This document shows, piece after piece, positions 61,344 to 64,000 of a stretch of DNA of 64,000 nucleotides (positions are counted from its first letter, which is position 1; the number at the start of each line of letters is the position of its first letter). The DNA lies in NCBI GenBank assembly GCA_963665815.1, contig OY762463.1, positions 608,001 to 672,000 on the forward strand, written 5' to 3'. Origin of the DNA: Candidatus Cloacimonadales bacterium. Its GTDB lineage: Bacteria > Cloacimonadota > Cloacimonadia > Cloacimonadales > JAIOQZ01. Made by a program: the position numbers and the translations under genes. The notes under the pieces are model-generated. The model was given only the letters and a program-made list of their open reading frames with translations, was not told the DNA's origin and searched no databases.

Positions 61344-63362
61344 TCAGGATACGTCTGATCCGTCTTTTAAATCTTTATCAGGTACTAATAATGAAAGAAC
61401 ACCATCATTTTCTGCTGCAAGAATCATTCCCTGTGATTCAACTCCCATCATTTTTCTTGGTTTAAGATTCAATAGCATTGTTACTGTTTTTCCAACCAGA
61501 TCATCCGGTGAATAATGATTGGATATACCTGACATAACTGTTCTCTGAACATTACCGCACTGAATCTGAAGTTTAAGCAGCTTCTTTGATTTCTTAACTT
61601 TCTCTGCTGATAAAATCTTAACGAGTTTAATATCAAGCTTCATAAAATCATCGAATTCTATTTCCGGTTTAATTTCAATTTCCGGAGCTGGTTCTGCAGC
61701 TTTTGATTTTTCTTCAAGAATTTCTATCTGTTTCTGAATTTCCTCATCAGTAATTTTTGGGAAAAGAGGTTGCTGAACACTGAATGTATATCCATCCGGT
61801 GTGTTTGATAAATCATTCCATATAAAGTCATTGCTGAGTCCAAGCATATCTCTCAGAGCTTTCATTTTAACAGGAAGTACAGGAGAAAAAACTATTGATA
61901 CAGTTCTGAGAATTTCTGCACAGATATAGAGTATATCATTAGTTTCATCTTTCGATTCCTTAACCTTTTTCCAAGGCTGCTGTTCGTCAAAAAACTTGTT
62001 TCCAAGTCTTGCAATATCCATAATTGTATTTACTGCTTTCCTTACTCTGTAATTTGCAAAACAGTCTTTAACTTCAGAAGTCATTGTATCTATTTTTTCA
62101 AAAAGTTCTTTGTAACTATCAAGATTTTCAGGTTTAATAATATCTGAATCAAAATACTTCTTCGCGAAAACAAGAACTCTGTTAATGAGGTTACCCAGTA
62201 CATTAGCTAAATCGGTATTTACTCTGTTCTGGAAATCAGTCCAGTAGAAATCACAGTCTTTAGTTTCGGGGGCATTGGCAGCCAGAACATATCTGAGAAG
62301 TTCGCCATCAAAGTATTCCAGAAATTCATCCACCCAGATAGCCCAGTTTCTACTTGTTGAAAGCTGCTTTCCTTCCAGATTAAGATATTCGTTTGCAGGA
62401 ACATCATGAGGAAGGATGTATTTCTTTTCCTGTTCCATTACCATAGCAGGCCAGATAATAGTATGGAAAGGGATATTGTCTTTACCAATAAAGTGTATCA
62501 GCTTTGTATTCTGATCGAACCAGTAGTCTTTCCATTTGTCAGAATTTCCCTGGGCTTCAGCCCATTCTATTGTTGAAGATATGTAACCGATAGGTGCATC
62601 AAACCAGACATAAAGAACTTTGCCTTCAGCATCTTCTACAGGTAAAGGAACACCCCAGTTGATATCTCTTGTGATTGCACGTTTTCTGAGTCCGTCATTA
62701 AGCCAACCCATAATAAACTTATGGACGTTGTCTTTCCAGTATGTTTTTGTTTCAAGCCATTCTCGTAAATGAGGTTCAAATTTAGGAAGGTCAAGGAACC
62801 AGTGCTTTGTCTCTTTAATAACAGGAGTATTACCGCACAGTTTACATTTTGGTTCTTTAAGTTCCAGTGCATCAATTAGTTTTCCACAATGATCACATTG
62901 ATCACCTCGAGCACCTTCTTCATTACAGAAAGGACAAATCCCTTCAACATACCTGTCTGCGAGAAAACGTTTATCATGCTCGCAGTAAAACTGAGTAATA
63001 ACTTCAGTATCTATAAAACCTTTTGTCAGCAAAGTTGAGAAGAATTCCTGAGCAAGTTTGTGGTGCTGTGGTCTGGCAGTTCCGGAAAAGTTATCAAAAC
63101 AAAAGTTAAGACCTTCAAAACTCTTCTTAATGCTTTCATGGTAGAAATCAACAATTTTCTGGGGTTCAGTTCCTTCTGCATCAGCTTTGATAGATATTGG
63201 AGCACCGTGTTCGTCAGTACCGCAAATGTAAATTACGTCATTCTCAATAAGTTTTTGAAATCTGACAAAAATATCTGCAGGTAGATAGGCTCCTGCAACA
63301 TGTCCTATATGAAGTTTACCGTTAGCATACGGCAGTGCACTTGTTACTAAATATTTTTCCAT
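61344..63362 (-). CDS. metG: Methionine--tRNA ligase with C-terminal tRNA-binding (Trbp111-like) domain
   Basis: 'LPYANGKLHIGH', Zn knuckles, 'YVWFDA', 'KQLSTS' (KMSKS-like), C-terminal OB fold. Confidence 0.98.
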   Translation of the reverse strand: MEKYLVTSALPYANGKLHIGHVAGAYLPADIFVRFQKLIENDVIYICGTDEHGAPISIKADAEGTEPQKIVDFYHESIKKSFEGLNFCFDNFSGTARPQHHKLAQEFFSTLLTKGFIDTEVITQFYCEHDKRFLADRYVEGICPFCNEEGARGDQCDHCGKLIDALELKEPKCKLCGNTPVIKETKHWFLDLPKFEPHLREWLETKTYWKDNVHKFIMGWLNDGLRKRAITRDINWGVPLPVEDAEGKVLYVWFDAPIGYISSTIEWAEAQGNSDKWKDYWFDQNTKLIHFIGKDNIPFHTIIWPAMVMEQEKKYILPHDVPANEYLNLEGKQLSTSRNWAIWVDEFLEYFDGELLRYVLAANAPETKDCDFYWTDFQNRVNTDLANVLGNLINRVLVFAKKYFDSDIIKPENLDSYKELFEKIDTMTSEVKDCFANYRVRKAVNTIMDIARLGNKFFDEQQPWKKVKESKDETNDILYICAEILRTVSIVFSPVLPVKMKALRDMLGLSNDFIWNDLSNTPDGYTFSVQQPLFPKITDEEIQKQIEILEEKSKAAEPAPEIEIKPEIEFDDFMKLDIKLVKILSAEKVKKSKKLLKLQIQCGNVQRTVMSGISNHYSPDDLVGKTVTMLLNLKPRKMMGVESQGMILAAENDGVLSLLVPDKDLKDGSDVS

Positions 63363-63372
63363 CTTAAATCCT

Positions 63373-63400
63373 CAAAAAAAATAGCCTGCAAAGCGCAGGC
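63373..63400 (-). terminator. Terminator-like hairpin immediately upstream of the metG RBS
   Basis: Minus strand GCCTGC-GCTTT-GCAGGC-TA-TTTTTTTT. Confidence 0.6.
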
Positions 63401-63420
63401 ATTTAAAATATTTCTGCGTT

Positions 63421-63798
63421 TTACGCCTGTTGTTTGTAGCTCATTATAATTTTGTGTAAATCTTTGAATGAATATGGTTTTGGTATAATTTCGTTGAATC
63501 CCATGCTTTTATATTCATCAATATCAGAGTCTGTAATCATTCCGGAAGAAAGAATTGATATAAAATTATCGTCAATCTTCTTTAACTCGTTGAATACTTC
63601 AATACCAGTATTATACTCAAGATTCATATCAAAAATTATCAGCCAGATATTTTCCTGATCATTTTTATAAACATCAATAGCCTGTTCCATATCTTCAGCA
63701 GACAGTACTGAGACTCCAAATACTGAAAGTAATTCTTTAGTTAAATCAACCAGAGTTGGATCATCATCAATCAACAATATACTTTTTTTATTCTCCAT
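63421..63798 (-). CDS. Single-domain response regulator (CheY-like)
   Basis: 'ILLIDDD', 'IFDMNL', 'ILSSG', 'PKPY'. Confidence 0.9.
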   Translation of the reverse strand: MENKKSILLIDDDPTLVDLTKELLSVFGVSVLSAEDMEQAIDVYKNDQENIWLIIFDMNLEYNTGIEVFNELKKIDDNFISILSSGMITDSDIDEYKSMGFNEIIPKPYSFKDLHKIIMSYKQQA

Positions 63799-64000
63799 AA
63801 TACCTGTCTTCAATGTATTTCTTGTGCAGTGTCTTTACTGCGTTATTATAACTATCGGTTTCAATGAAAAAACGAAATCCTGTTTGAATTCTGTCAAACA
63901 TTATTACTTTAACATTTAAAATATCAAAATCTGTGAGTATGTCCGACAATAAATCAAAGTCATCCTTTATTCTGTATCCGCTTATGCAGATCAATGATAA
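63788..64000 (-). CDS. 3' end of a protein with a C-terminal ACT-like domain (possibly aspartate kinase); truncated by the window edge
   Basis: Frame open to the edge; 'SLICISGYRI...RFFIE......AVKTLH' resembles the terminal ACT domain of aspartokinases. Confidence 0.5.
   Translation of the reverse strand, partial: LSLICISGYRIKDDFDLLSDILTDFDILNVKVIMFDRIQTGFRFFIETDSYNNAVKTLHKKYIEDRYYGE

Noticed and set aside
1-64000. tRNA/rRNA genes, prophage, integron
   Set aside because: No cloverleaf or rRNA-like segments, phage genes, integrase or attC-like array recognised

Overview
AT-rich bacterial chromosomal window. It is most consistent with a Candidatus Cloacimonadota-type (FCB group) anaerobe; this is inferred from five secreted proteins ending in a 'YPNPFNP...NIKGQ...SGVY' FlgD-Ig/T9SS-type C-terminal domain plus a PorU-like C25 sortase. 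Core genes are glmS, gcvT-like, valS, alr, a K+-dependent Na+-pyrophosphatase (hppA), a NagB/PIG-L fusion, spoIID-like and metG. These are interleaved with accessory lipoproteins and secreted enzymes. Non-coding highlights: (1) a cobalamin riboswitch controlling a T9SS-type-anchored beta-propeller; (2) a 5.5-copy, 166-bp tandem array whose unit is a REP-like hairpin fused to a MITE-like element, which also occurs dispersed at 14233, 27867, 29497 and 31469; (3) a second MITE with different terminal repeats; (4) two independent loci where a gene's 3' end is duplicated downstream with mostly synonymous changes around a cargo gene; (5) an ECF-type promoter, a TetR-like operator, and several unannotated gene relics (2-hydroxyacid dehydrogenase, defence-nuclease N-terminus, IS5-like fragment). 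No tRNA, rRNA, CRISPR array, integrase or reverse transcriptase was recognised. All family assignments come from motif recognition, not database searches.
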